Assembly: GCF_004010195.1 (NCBI RefSeq)
Contig: NC_057728.1
Location: 45,840,229 to 45,904,228, forward strand
Direction of reading: 5' to 3'
DNA from: Chiloscyllium plagiosum
Lineage: Eukaryota
DNA length: 64,000 nucleotides
Under the pieces are notes generated by a model. It had not been told where the DNA came from. It ran no database searches and worked only from the letters and a program-made list of their open reading frames with translations. This document shows, one piece after another, positions 52,095-64,000 of the stretch; positions within the stretch are counted from its first letter, which is position 1; each line of letters starts with the position of its first letter. The position numbers were made by a program, and so were the translations under genes.

Positions 52095-52470
52095 ACTAGC
52101 AGCAGTGTGTATTGTCAACAAGATGCATTGCAGAAATTCACCAGTGATCCTTTGATAGCACCTTCCAAACATACAGCCACTTCAACCTGGAAGACAAGGG
52201 CAGTGAACATATGGGAACACCACACCCTGCAATTTCCCCTCCAAGCCTTTCATATTCTGACTTGGAAATATATCACCATTCCTTCACTGTTGCTGGATCA
52301 TAATCCTGGTGGAATTTCCTCCTTAAGAACATTGAGGGACAACTTACAGCATATGGACTGCAGTGGTTCAAGAAGGCAGCTCACCACCACCTTCTCAAGG
52401 GCAACTCGGGATGGGCAATAAATGCTGGCCAAACAGCAACACCCATGTCCCAAAAGTGAATAAAAAAATT
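52095..52470 (+). mobile_element. Older CR1/L2-group LINE 3' end
   Basis: ggactgcagtggttcaagaaggcagctcaccaccaccttctcaagggcaact.gggatgggcaataaatgctggcc tail. Confidence 0.75.
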
Positions 52471-53084
52471 AAACAATGGCTTGTTTTCTTCATTCCGAAA
52501 CCTAATCAGTTGATTTTTGCCTTTATTTTACAGACTTGCATTAATGTTAATATGCTCTTGCACAGTCCATTTAATCAGCTCTGTGCAGTTAAATCTTTTG
52601 TCTGATTTGCACCATTATTGAGTGGTAAGGTGTCAGCAAGCAGGGGGTGGAACAAGGGACAAGCAGCAAACAACATTCACAATCATGATGTCAGCAACAC
52701 CAACTTGCTGCTTCAGTTCCAAAAGGAAATAATAGTCAAACTGGTGAATGAGACATACTGGTCCAATTTATCTTTTACACTTCAAAATGTAGTGTAATCA
52801 GCACATTCAGTTTCAAGTATTACTTTATTTTAATAGTTAGTTTTTCCCTCTGGTGGGTATGGTGGGAGCACAGTACTCACATTAGCATAACCAACGTCCT
52901 GTTCCAAGGCAGTGTAGGTGCACATTGATTAGACCAGCAGTATCCATTTCCCATGTGTTGACTGAAGATGCAGTGATTTTTGGAATGTGCTTTGGAAGTG
53001 TAGGACTAATCAGAATTAAATCCACTGCGATTTTCACACAGTCACTATTTCTTTGGTATACGTTTCATATTCTAACTGGGCAAT

Positions 53085-53410
53085 TTTTATACAAGCACCA
53101 TAAAAAGCATCCTGTCAGGATACATCACAGCTTGCTATGCCAACTACTCCACCTAAGACCACAAGAAACTATGGAGAGTTGTGAATGCAGCCTAGTCCAT
53201 CACAAAAGCTACCTTTCCATCCATTAACTCTGTCTACACTGTCCCACTGCTGTAGGAAAGCAACCAACATAATCAAAGATCTCTCCCACTTTGGTTGTAC
53301 TCTCTTCCACCCTATTCCATTGGGCAAAATATACAAAAATTTGAAAACACATACCAGCAGAGTGGTAAGAACAGCTTCTTCCCTGCTGTTATGAGACTTA
53401 TGAATGGTCA
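53085..53410 (+). mobile_element. Rex1/Babar-like LINE 3' fragment
   Basis: Degenerate TIKSILSGYITACYAN...KKLWRVVN and RKATNIIKDLSH motifs. Confidence 0.65.
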
Positions 53411-53461
53411 TGCACCCAAAGCCAATTTTTCCCGGCTCTGGTAATAACCTCTTGGAAGCCA

Positions 53462-53836
53462 GGGGTGGCACTGTGGTTCAGGGGGCGGCACGGTGGTTCG
53501 GGTGCGGCACAGCGGTTCAGTGGTTAGCACTGCTGCCTCACAGCACCAGGGTTCAATTCCTGCTTCAGGCAACTGTCTGTGTGGAGTTTGCACATTCTCC
53601 CGTATCTGCGTGGGTTTCCTCCAGGTGCTCCGGTTTCCTCCCACAATCCAAAGATATGCAGGTTAGGTGAATTGGCCATGCTAAATTGTCCATAGTGTTA
53701 GATGCATTAGTCAGGGGTCAATGTAGGGGAATGGGTCTGGGTGGGTTACTCTTCGGAGGATCGGTGTGGACTTGTTGGGCCAAAGGCCTGTTTCCACACT
53801 GTAGGGAATCTAATCTAATCTAATCTAATCTAATCT
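53462..53836 (+). mobile_element. HE1-type SINE with reiterated 5' head
   Basis: Three tandem ggcacNgtggttc units precede the SINE body; (AATCT)n tail. Confidence 0.9.
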
Positions 53837-54059
53837 CATATATTAGAATTGATCTTTCTCTGCACCTTCTCTGTAGCTGTTATTCTCTCCTACACCTGTA
53901 AAGTATTATTTACAACACATATACAGTCTCTTTAATTGACTTAGCCCTGTAAAAAAAAACTTACGTGTTTGCACTATAAGCATCAATAGGAAGACTTTGA
54001 AAGCATTTAATTATTTGTAAAGCTGAGGAGATGATGTTGATATTATTTATTTAGTGATC

Positions 54060-55200
54060 TTGGACTGCACAGCCTGATGGGTACCTTGAAATACCAGACA
54101 ACTGGGGAATTGCAAGCGTCACACCCATGCTAAAAAAATTGTAAGAATAAGACCCGCAATTAAAGGCTAGTCAGTTTAACTTCAGTGATGGTGAAGCTAC
54201 TAGAAACAATTATTTGGGATAGAATGCCTAATCACATAGAAAAATGTCATTGATTAGGACAAGTTAAATGAATTTCTAATGGGGATATTATGTTAACAAA
54301 TTGACTGGAATTTTTTGAATTAGTAACAGCAAGGGTGATGCTGTTGATGTGGTGAACACAGACTTCCAGAAGGTGCTCAATACAGTGACACACAACAGTG
54401 TTGTGTGAAAATTATAGTTCATAGAATAAAAGGGACACCAGTAATACTTATACAAAATTGACTGAGTGATAGGAAATAGAAAATAATGATTAATTGATAT
54501 TTTTAGGGCCGGGGATGGTTTGTAGTAGAGTTCCTAGGCTTCATATAGGGACCCTTATGTTTCCTGATAGAAATAGTTTGATCTAAGTGTCTACATGTAT
54601 GGGGAACTAAGTGTCTACGTGTATTTCAAAGATTGCAGATGATATGAAATTTGGAAGAATTATAAATTGTGAGGAGGACAATGCAGAACTTAAAAAAAAA
54701 AGGCAAATTGATTGTGTAGGCAGTTGGTGGCAGATGATTTTCCATGTAGAGAAATGTGGCTGATGCATTTTGGAAGGAAGAACATGGACAGACGATACAA
54801 AATAAGGGATAGAATTCTAGCGTGGATGTAAGAGCAGAGGGATCTGGATGAATATACACACAGATCATTGAAGATGGCAGGACAGATGAAGAAAGCTGTT
54901 AATACAGCACAAGGTATATTGTACTTCATTCATATGGACATGGAGTACAAAAGCAAAGAGATAATGGTGAACTTCTATAAGGTATTTGTTCGACCTCATC
55001 TGGAGTATTATCCAATCCTGTAGAGTTCTTTTGATATCCAGAATTTTCTCAACAATTTGGCCTCACTCTTCAGCTTTACAGGGACATGTTGACCCTCCAT
55101 TTGCATTATTTCCCAGTCATAATGCTAATCTTGAGAGGAAGTGTGGGCACTTTGAGCCAAATGGCCTCCTTCAGTGCTGTAGTATGTCTGTGATTCTGCT
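54060..55200 (+). mobile_element. Highly degenerate CR1 ORF2 fragment
   Basis: gacttccagaagg (DFQK), ttgcagatgat (ADD), ttcgacctcatctggagtat (RPHLEY) remnants. Confidence 0.7.
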
Positions 55201-56772
55201 TTTGTGGGTGGCAATAGCAGTGAGAGTTATATAAATACTAGGAGAAAATCATTTCAGCATTATATGGTAAATGTGGGAGAGCAAGACTGATTGGATGGCT
55301 TTTTTCAAAGAGCTAGCTCAGGATCAGTGGCCTGAGTTGTCTCCTTCTGCAGTGTATGATTTGATGATTTTATTACGCAACAAATTAATGGCCTATTTTT
55401 TGCATTGGCCTCATAGTGACTATATAGTATAGCTTTGTACAATAAGAGAGTCATATAGGAAATAGGAAAGTCACAGCTGTTTCTGCTGTATGCTGCAGAG
55501 AAAGAGGGTGCTGTTTCCATTACACATTACACATTACACATGTTCAGTCATAGACCAGTGTTTTCTTTTCTCTTGCTTGGTAAGTAAGAAACTATGTGGC
55601 TAATTATTTGCGAAACAGCATGTAGCTATATTTTGCTGTTGCAAACTATTTCAAAACAGATCTGAAAAGCAAAAGTACAATAAAACATTTTTAAGATCAA
55701 AACACTTGACAAACAGATCACTGTACAAAGTGCAGAACAGCTGACATTTTTCTTACAAAATTTCAGGATAAAAGACATCCATGGATACACAATAAATTAT
55801 TGTGTCAGACAATACAAATTAAACTACAAATTCTAGACAGACAAGAAGTATTTTGTTACAAAACATAATTAAATAAGCCTCAGGGGCTTAATTCCATCTC
55901 CCCTCCCCAGTCCATATTTATTGGCATTAGCATTATTTGTTTAGTGCAACCCCACTTAATTGCATCATCTATGGTAAATATGTGAATTTTCATTGAGATA
56001 CATAAGAGCACCTAATACAAATTATACCATCTCCTCTGGGTGTTCGTTTTAAAGAGTGTCCTTGGTTGAGCAGGTACAAAGTGCACCTAGATTTTTACTT
56101 CTCTATTGGTATAAACGTCCACTTAAAAATGAATTTATATCAGTATTTTTGTAGGAGTGAGAGGCTCTTTTGGGAAATACTGATTTTTACAATGAATGCC
56201 AGCTTTTTGTCTCCCGTCGTCTCTACTGTTTACAAGGGGCAGAGTGAGTTAAAAGATTGTGGGTTACTACTTCAAATAAAATTCTGTAACCGTGTTAATT
56301 GGTATTTTCCAAATCAATGCAGCTGGCTAGCAGTAGAAATGAAGTTGGAAATCCAGACCATAACTCAATAATAATTTTGTGCTGTTAGGAGGATTAATTC
56401 CTCCTGCATCAACAAGTACAAATTTGCACATACATCAATGGGAATTTCAGAACCTTGTTTGGCAAGTTTTGAAACAATTTGTTTTTATGGAATTTCTTAC
56501 CAAACCTTGGCATTTGCAAACTTTAACTGGGATGATCCTGCACTATTTATTTTGCTCATCTCTTTGCACAATATCAAGGAATTTCCAGTGCTAAGTGTTT
56601 GGTTCATCACCAATGAGCTATAGCTCTTCAGAGAGTCATTAAACAAATTCATTCAGCTATTGCCAAGATTTTTTAAAATCATCAAATCTAATTGATTGCA
56701 ATCTCTTTATGACCTCATGTTGTCTTTTCTGAAAACAGGTGCTCAACAAACTGTCCTATAGATTTTTTGCTT

Positions 56773-57092
56773 TCATAGAATCCCTACAGTGAAGAAAGAG
56801 GCCATTTGGTCCATTGAATCTGCACTGAACCTCTGAAGACTGTCCCACCCTATCCCCATAACATCACATTTATCATGGCTAATCCCCAGCCTATATCCAT
56901 GGACACTACAGAGCACATTACCATGGCCAATGCAACTAACCTGCACACCTTTGGACTATGGGAGGAAATGGAGCACCTGGAGAAATCCCATGCAGACATA
57001 AGGAGAACATGCAAATGTCAGAAGGCTGGAATCAAACCTAAGTCCCTGGCACTGTGATGCAGCAGTACTAACCACTGTGCTACTGTGCCGCC
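56773..57092 (-). mobile_element. HE1-type SINE (diverged)
   Basis: catagaatccctacagtg tail and ...actaaccactgtgctactgtgccgcc head on the minus strand. Confidence 0.8.
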
Positions 57093-57622
57093 ATTTCAAA
57101 ATGACCTCTTGGCATTAATAATCAATAGTTTCTGATTTAACCAATTTTTCTGAGCTTTTTTCAATCTTGGTATCCTGTATTCAGGATTTTGGAAGTTCAA
57201 CATGATTTTAAAAAATTAAATATCTTAGTAAATAGATATCTTAATAACTAGATGAAGCTGTTTTTTTTTATATACACATCATCCAATCCAAGTGTAACAA
57301 GTCATGACTTTTTCATAGTTAATGAGTTTACAGGCCTCTGTAGTATATCCCCTCTGTAGCATATAATTTATTTAATTTCTAACACGTCAGATGCAACCAG
57401 AGAAGACAAACTTTGAATTGTGCAACATCTCAGCTCATTGTGTCAGTATTTTGAGGAATGACCCAATGATCCCATTCTTCTGCATTTTCCCTGTAGCCTC
57501 GTTGAATTTTCTCAGTAAAATATATAGCTGATTACCTTTTTGAGATTTACTAAACATAAGAACTAAGAGCAGGTGTAGGCCATTCAGCCCCTCGAGCTTA
57601 CTCTGTCATTTAATATTGTCAT

Positions 57623-57767
57623 CAGGAGATGGAGAAGTCGATGTTTTGGGTGTAACCCTTCTTCAGGACTTGCTGACTTCACCTCCTGATGCTGCCCGGC
57701 TTGCTGTGTTCTTCTAGCCTCCTGCCTGTCTATTTTAGATTCCAGCATCTGCAGTTTTTTGTCTCTA
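57623..57767 (+). mobile_element. Short inverted Penelope-derived mini-insertion inside a CR1 tail
   Basis: Left arm ends ...gggtgtaacccttcttcaggact (about 57670); TSD atttaatat(t/g)gtcat at 57608-57622 and 57768-57782. Confidence 0.8.
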
Positions 57768-57939
57768 ATTTAATATGGTCATGGCTGATCTCATCTCAGT
57801 CTATACTCCACTTTCCTGCCCACTCCCCATTACAATTCAACCATTAAGAATTAAAAATCTGTCCATCTAAAGGTACTTATTTCACCATTTAAATATAAAG
57901 ACAAATATAACCTTTCAGAGAAAGGTGGGACACTAAAAA

Positions 57940-58620
57940 CAGGAGCTCGATGTCAATCCTTGTGAAAACACTAAAACCCACTAAGGAAGTAGTGGCAAGA
58001 CATTTAGAAAATCCAATTATAATCAGGCAGAGTCAACATGGTCACGTGAAAGAGAAATTCTATTTGACAAATTTATTAGAATTCTTTCAGGATATAAGAA
58101 GCTGTGTGTGTAAAGAAAAAGGTACAGTACATGTAGTGTACTTGGATTTCCAAAAGGCATTCAGTAAAGTGCAATATAAAAATGGACAACATATGAGTTG
58201 ACAGTGTTGTGATGATATCCCAGCACACATAGACGATTGGTTAAATAATAGGAACAGTCAGGATAAAAGGTCAATTTTTAGGTTGTAAACTCTAAACTCG
58301 TGGTGTGTTGTGGGGTCATTGTTGGGATATCAACTATTTACAATCTATAGTCATATCTTTGATGAAGGACAGCTGTACTGCAACCAAATTTTCTGCGGAT
58401 ACAAAAATGGGTAGGAAATCAAGTTGCAAAGGTACAAAGAATCTACAAAGGGATATAGAGAACAATAGAGAGTGGACAAAATTTGCCAGATGGAGCTTAA
58501 TGTGGATAAAGCAAGAAGAATAGAAAAACAGAACATTATTTAAATTGAAAGAGACTGGAGTTTATTATAGCACAGAGGGAGCTGGGTGTGTTCTTTTATA
58601 TGAGTCAGACAAAATAGCAC
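57940..58620 (+). mobile_element. Degenerate CR1 RT fragment
   Basis: RQSQHG...LTNLLEFF...VYLDFQKAFSKV; KFSADTKMG. Confidence 0.8.
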
Positions 58621-59795
58621 AAGTGCATTTATAATTTCAACCCAACTTCCCTCAATATCCTAAACTTCTTTCACATCCAGGTCCTTGTGACGTATCAACT
58701 TTAATTACAGGTAATCTTTTTAATAGCTCCTCTTAATCTGTTTTCAGGAATTGAGTTTTTTAACTATGCCTTTGACTTTGATGTTGGCAGCATCTTCATC
58801 TTGGTGAAAATAGATTCAGCATCCTCATATAAAATCTGAATGTACCCTCTATCCTTAGGTGTATATTCTTTACTTTCATCTCAACCTTACTTCAGATTTT
58901 ACCTACCTTTTCCTATTTATAAGGATATAAAAGATTTTTGAATTCCCTTTGTTGGCTACCAGTCTCTTTTCATGCTCTCTATTTCTCTTTCATATCCTTC
59001 TGAAATTTGCACTTGGTACTCATTTGTGTTATCACTCTGACATAAGATACACACATCTTTTATCTGTTCCATCTTACTCTTTACTTCTTTCATCATTAAC
59101 CAAACTCTGGCTCAGTTTCTCTTCTCCAATGTGGGAATGTATCAAAACTTTTCTCAAATGATCCCTTTAAAAGCAGCCAATTGTTCAGGTACAATTTTGC
59201 CTGCCAATTGATGATTGCAATTTATCTCAGCTGGTCCATTCTTACTCCATTGAAGTTGGACCCCCATTAATTTATTCATTTTACTCCTGTTCAGTCTTTG
59301 TCCTTTTCCAAAGCTAACCTCTCCCTTATGGTACAATCTCAATTTACTAAATGATCCTCCATGGTTACTTGACCTATTTGACTCACCTCATTTCCCAGGA
59401 TGAGATCCAGCAATATATCTTTCTCTTTGGATTGGAAACATACTGATGAAGAAAACTTTCCTGAATACACTTCAGAAACTCTAGACACCTTAGCAATGGG
59501 TTCCAATCATGCCTGCCTCTTTGTGGGGTATATGAAACCTTCTGAGTCCTAATCAGGGTCCCATTACACAACTCTTTCTCCAATACATCAATGCTGCTTC
59601 CTGCTTTTGTCCAAAATTGGAAAAAAAAACCTTACTTCCAATTTCTAGCCTACTCTCACTTGGTCCATCTCTGACACTTCCATTCCTTGACTTGACTATT
59701 TCCACTTTTGGAGATAGACTGTCCATTAGTATCCACTACAAACTCATCAATTCCCATATTTACCTTGACTACACCTCCTCACATCTATTTTAAAA

Positions 59796-59828
<33 letters not shown>

Positions 59829-60286
59829 CTTCATAACATTAGCAAACAAAACAAGAGAGTTCTACAAAAGAGTAATATTGGACTCGAAACATTAACTTTG
59901 TTTCTCTCTCCACAGATCCAGCCTGTACTGTTGAGCTTCCCAAGTACTTTGTTTTTATTTTAAAAACTCATCTCCCTCTGATTGTACACTCTCAATATCT
60001 CAATCCATATTTTGATCATTAAAGCCCCATTACAAATTTTTTAATTACACATTTTAAAAATTTTTTCCTTGAAATCTTTCTACCACTTAGTGCTGTATGG
60101 CATACACTTAGAAATGTTATTGTACCTCTAACTAAATAGAATTTGCTTGAAAGTTAGTTGTTCCATTTAAGAAAGTTGTACTATGTATGTACCAGAAGTA
60201 TTTGGAGCATAAGAACTTCAGATATAGGAGCTGAAGTGGGCTATTCAGCCCATCAAGTACACATTACATGTTCAAGCCCCACATTG

Positions 60287-61845
60287 GTTGGGGGTATGTT
60301 TGTCAAGCTGGGAAGTTGATTTGCAGATATTTCATCCCCTGTCCAGGTGACATCTTCAGTGCTTCAGAGCCTCCTGTGAAACACTGCTGTACTGTCTCTT
60401 CGGGAATATGTTTGGTTCTGTTCTTGCTGCTCCCGGTTTACCGGTTCTGATTGTGCATTGTATTGGCCGGTATATTGGGTCTAGGTTTATGTGTTTGTTG
60501 ATAGAGTCCGTGGATGATTGCCACGCTATAGAAATACTCTGTCTGTCCTATGTTTAGCTTGTTCTCTGGTCATTGTGTTGGCCCAGTGAATTTGTGGTGC
60601 TTGTCATCTGTATGTGTGGCTACTAGGGACACATTCCACATTCAACAACCAATTATAAGAACAGATCAATGGAACACCTATGGATGCACTCGTCTCTGGG
60701 CTCATAGCTGAAGCAGTGATGCAAAGATCAGAACAAACAGCTTTCCCACAAATCCACCCAAAACTCTGGATCAGATTTGTGAATGACAGTTTTGTAATTA
60801 TTAAGAGAACAGAAAGCGAGAATACATACAAGATTATCAACACCATACTCACAGGGAACAGATTTATGAGAGAGGAGGAAACCAATAATCAACTTCCATT
60901 CCTGGATATGATGGTAGAAAGAACAGTGAACTGTGCATGCACCGCAAAAGTATACAAAAAGCCACATTCACTGACTAGATCCTGAACCACAACAGCAATC
61001 ACTCAAACACACACAAGAGAAGTTGCATTAGGACCCTGATCAAAAGGGCTACAACACACTGCTGCACTCCGGACCTCTTAAGAGAAGAAAAAAATACACC
61101 TCTGCAAAGTCTTCACCAAGAACGAATATCTCCACAGCTTCTTCCACAGGTGCATAATAGACAAATAACATGACAAGGATATACCATGACTTAACTCAGT
61201 AGCCACATTAACTTACATAAAGACATCTTGGAAGTAACAGCCAGACTCTTCCAACCATGGATCCATGAGAGCCCATAAACCAACAGCCACGCTTAGATAG
61301 CTCACCAGGACAACAGACCCAATACCCATCATGTGCAAGACTAACATAATTTACAAAATTCCATTCACAGGCGGCATGAAACTATATAGGACAAACAGGC
61401 AGACAACTAATAATCCGCATCCATGAACATCAACTAGCCACTAAACGCCACGACCAGCTGTCCCTACTAGCTACACATACTCATGACAGGGACCACAAAT
61501 TCGACTGGGACAACACAACAATTATAGGACAAGCTAAACATAGGACAGCCAGAGAATTTCTAGAAGCGTAGCACTCATCCACGGACTCCATCAACAAACA
61601 CGAAGACCTAGGCCCAATATACTGGCCACTGCAATGAACAAACAGAACCAGCAACCAGAAGCAACAGGAATGGAACCAAATAAATTCCAGAAGACACAGT
61701 ACAGCAGCGCTTCACAGGAGGCTCCAAAGCACTAAAGATGTCACCTGGACAGGGGACTAAACATCTGCAAATCAACTTCCCAGCGAACATACCAACAACC
61801 ATGGCAACTGGCACCTGAGTGACAAATCTTTATGCAGACCTTGAT
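60287..61845 (+). mobile_element. 5'-truncated Penelope-like retroelement (RT plus GIY-YIG endonuclease remnants) with inverted 5' copy of its 3' end
   Basis: RT motifs QINGTPM..LVSGLIAEAVM, LWIRFVNDSFVI, LPFLDMMV; GIY-YIG-type NIIYKIP...YIGQTGRQL..RIHEH...AREFLEA. 60290-60625 is an inverted copy of about 61460-61800; degenerate TSD aagccccacatt/aagccctgcatt. Confidence 0.9.
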
Positions 61846-62698
61846 TAAGCCCTGCATTTAAAATGGTTCTTGATTTAGGACTCCTTTTAATTGTACACAG
61901 AGTGTCTTAGTTTCTTGTCACTGAATTGGAATTCATAATCTGCTCGCCTTATGGCTTGCCATGCAATGGAATGCATCAAGCCTCGGAGTTCTTGAATTTT
62001 CATAGTAACTGAGTTGTTATCATGATGAAACAATTAGAAAAATGTTGTCCTATATTTTAACCTCAGTTTTGAAATTGGCCTGTGGGATACTTTGTCAATA
62101 AAGTATTATAATTCATTCAAGACTACTAAGAACATATGCAGATCTGATAGTCATTCTTTAAATAACAGACATCCTGTTCTGCTTAAAAACAAAACTTCAG
62201 CAGCTGAAGAAAACTAACGTTTTGTTTCAATGGTTCAGTAAGTGTGCTCTTTTATTATGTGAATTATCATGATTAGTTTGCCATCTCATTTGTAAATATC
62301 TAAGAATAATCACAATAGCAATGCAAGCTGATAGGAAAAACAAATTAATAAAAGAAAAAGGCTTGAATTTACAACGTAGGATACTAGCAGCAAAAGGTTT
62401 AATAATTCATCAGAAATTCCTCCCTCTGCTACTTTTGGACAGGCATGAAATTATTTATGAATACAGCCTAATTACCTTGGAGCACAAAATTCCTTTTTCT
62501 ACCCTTTTCCATGAAAACTTATTCCTGGATGACAGTTCGAGTCTACTGCTTATTCTCATCCAATACAATTCATGTTTTTCTTATTTTAGAAGGTAAATTT
62601 CAAATCATTACATGATAAATTTTCATCAGCTGCCTTGATTTTGTTTTCAGATTTACAAAATCTCTTGTATCAATTTCCATGGGATAACATTGAATGGT

Positions 62699-63852
62699 CT
62701 AACTTGATGGCTGATTGGTCCAAATGCTGATACTCCTGATAATCAGCCATTCCTTTTGGCTTTCTGTTACTAATATCCGAATGCAGTGAATGTCAAATTC
62801 AACTTTGTGACCAATATCCTTAATCTCAATATTTCCATGTTGAAACTCGCCCAGTTTGACATAGCTAGAACACTGCTTTCCTTTCTTTGCTATTTGCACA
62901 TTTTGACCAACCTCTAGTGCTCCGTGATGCAAAATATCATTTTGTCTATCATCAGTTCCTGTTTGGATTTTCAGTTTGTCAATTTTAGTTGGTTTGTCCA
63001 GCACAATAAGAAAGTAATCTCCGGCTGAAGTAGATTTCCCCCAGAAGTACTCGTCTACATTGCTGTATGCTTTACGAGGATCGTAATGTTCAAACACATT
63101 CATGTTTGTGTAAAGCGTCGCAGGCGGATTGTCAGGAATATCAAAGGAATCTTCTTCAAAATCATCATCCTTAAGTTTGTTTTCTGTTCCTCTGAATGAG
63201 GAATAATATCCCATGTGCTGAAACAAAGAAGGCTTAAACCGTATGATATCCTTTTGGGCAAGTAGCCCTTGGAAATGAATTAGTAACCAGTCACATGGCA
63301 TTTCCTGATAAAACATTAATAAAAATTGTGCCAGTCGAGGCAGGTCATGTGAATGGTAAAGTTTTCCAATATATCCCAATTTTGAAAACTCCAGTGTCAC
63401 CCAATAGGAGCCTTTCCTTGAGGTAATGACTTTTTTAATAGCAGATAGGAAGTTTTTTGAGCAATGAATGTCATCTTCTAACATTACATAGTAGTCTGAT
63501 AAATTGGCACAGAAATTAAGCAGAAATGCGTAATCTACATTTTGCTTTGATCGAAATTTCACCCGATCTTCTGGGTCATTGTAGTTTCTTTTGAGGCCAT
63601 CTAAACTTGGGTAATACTCCTCAAGAGTATGAATAACCATCAATCGACCAGAAATGATGTGATGGCCAAATTTTCTGGAGACTTCTTGGACAATGTCTTC
63701 ACACCATGAGAGATCAAAGTCTGCTAAGTGTACAATAACTACAATTTCATTCAGTTCTTCATAGCTGGATTGGTCAAAAATAGATTTAATTGTTTCTAGT
63801 AGGTAGTTTCCTCTTTTCCTTTTCACTGATGACAATCCTATTGTTAAATATT
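62699..63852 (-). CDS. MGAT4C: Alpha-1,3-mannosyl-glycoprotein 4-beta-N-acetylglucosaminyltransferase C, large terminal coding exon (upstream exons outside the window)
   Basis: Uninterrupted frame [25 protein letters not shown]...[12 protein letters not shown]...MLEDD...EMPCDWLL...[13 protein letters not shown] closely matching recalled MGAT4C; acceptor ttgtgcag| immediately 5' of 63852; same tail-to-tail neighbourhood with NTS as in human. Confidence 0.96.
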
Positions 63853-64000
63853 CTGCACAAATCATCAGAAAGGGGTTATCAGTAAAATCACATGTAACAC
63901 TAATTGTTATATAAAGGTATATTTTTTGATTGATTCAAATTACATTTATTGAAAATCACTAGATACATAATGGAATCAAACTCACTTTTTCTAGGTATAG

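Noticed and set aside
63853..63865. ORF-track start MICAE for the 388-aa ORF
   Set aside because: It lies in the intron upstream of the ttgtgcag acceptor; the N-terminal transmembrane part of MGAT4C must be in exons beyond the window.

Overview
AT-rich, repeat-dense vertebrate DNA, almost certainly a cartilaginous fish (inferred from HE1-type tRNA SINEs, abundant CR1 LINEs and Penelope-like elements). Two genes face each other tail to tail. On + is a neurotensin/neuromedin N precursor gene (NTS) with coding exons at 12862-12919, 14211-14269 and 23359-23523; it is largely missed by the ORF track, and no equivalent of the canonical third exon could be found. On - is the terminal exon of MGAT4C (63852-62699). 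An intronless, disabled SREK1IP1 retrocopy abuts a SINE at about 9.8-10.9 kb. The most striking structure is a set of short (about 150-270 bp) Penelope-derived insertions from several sequence families. Each carries a minimal hammerhead-ribozyme motif (CTGANGA-A-stem II-GAAA-C/G-NUH) and is inserted as a fold-back palindrome, most flanked by 13-19 bp target duplications. In nearly every case the symmetry axis lies at the 5' edge of the hammerhead. All calls come from reading the sequence and recalled family knowledge; no searches were run, and boundaries of old repeats are approximate.
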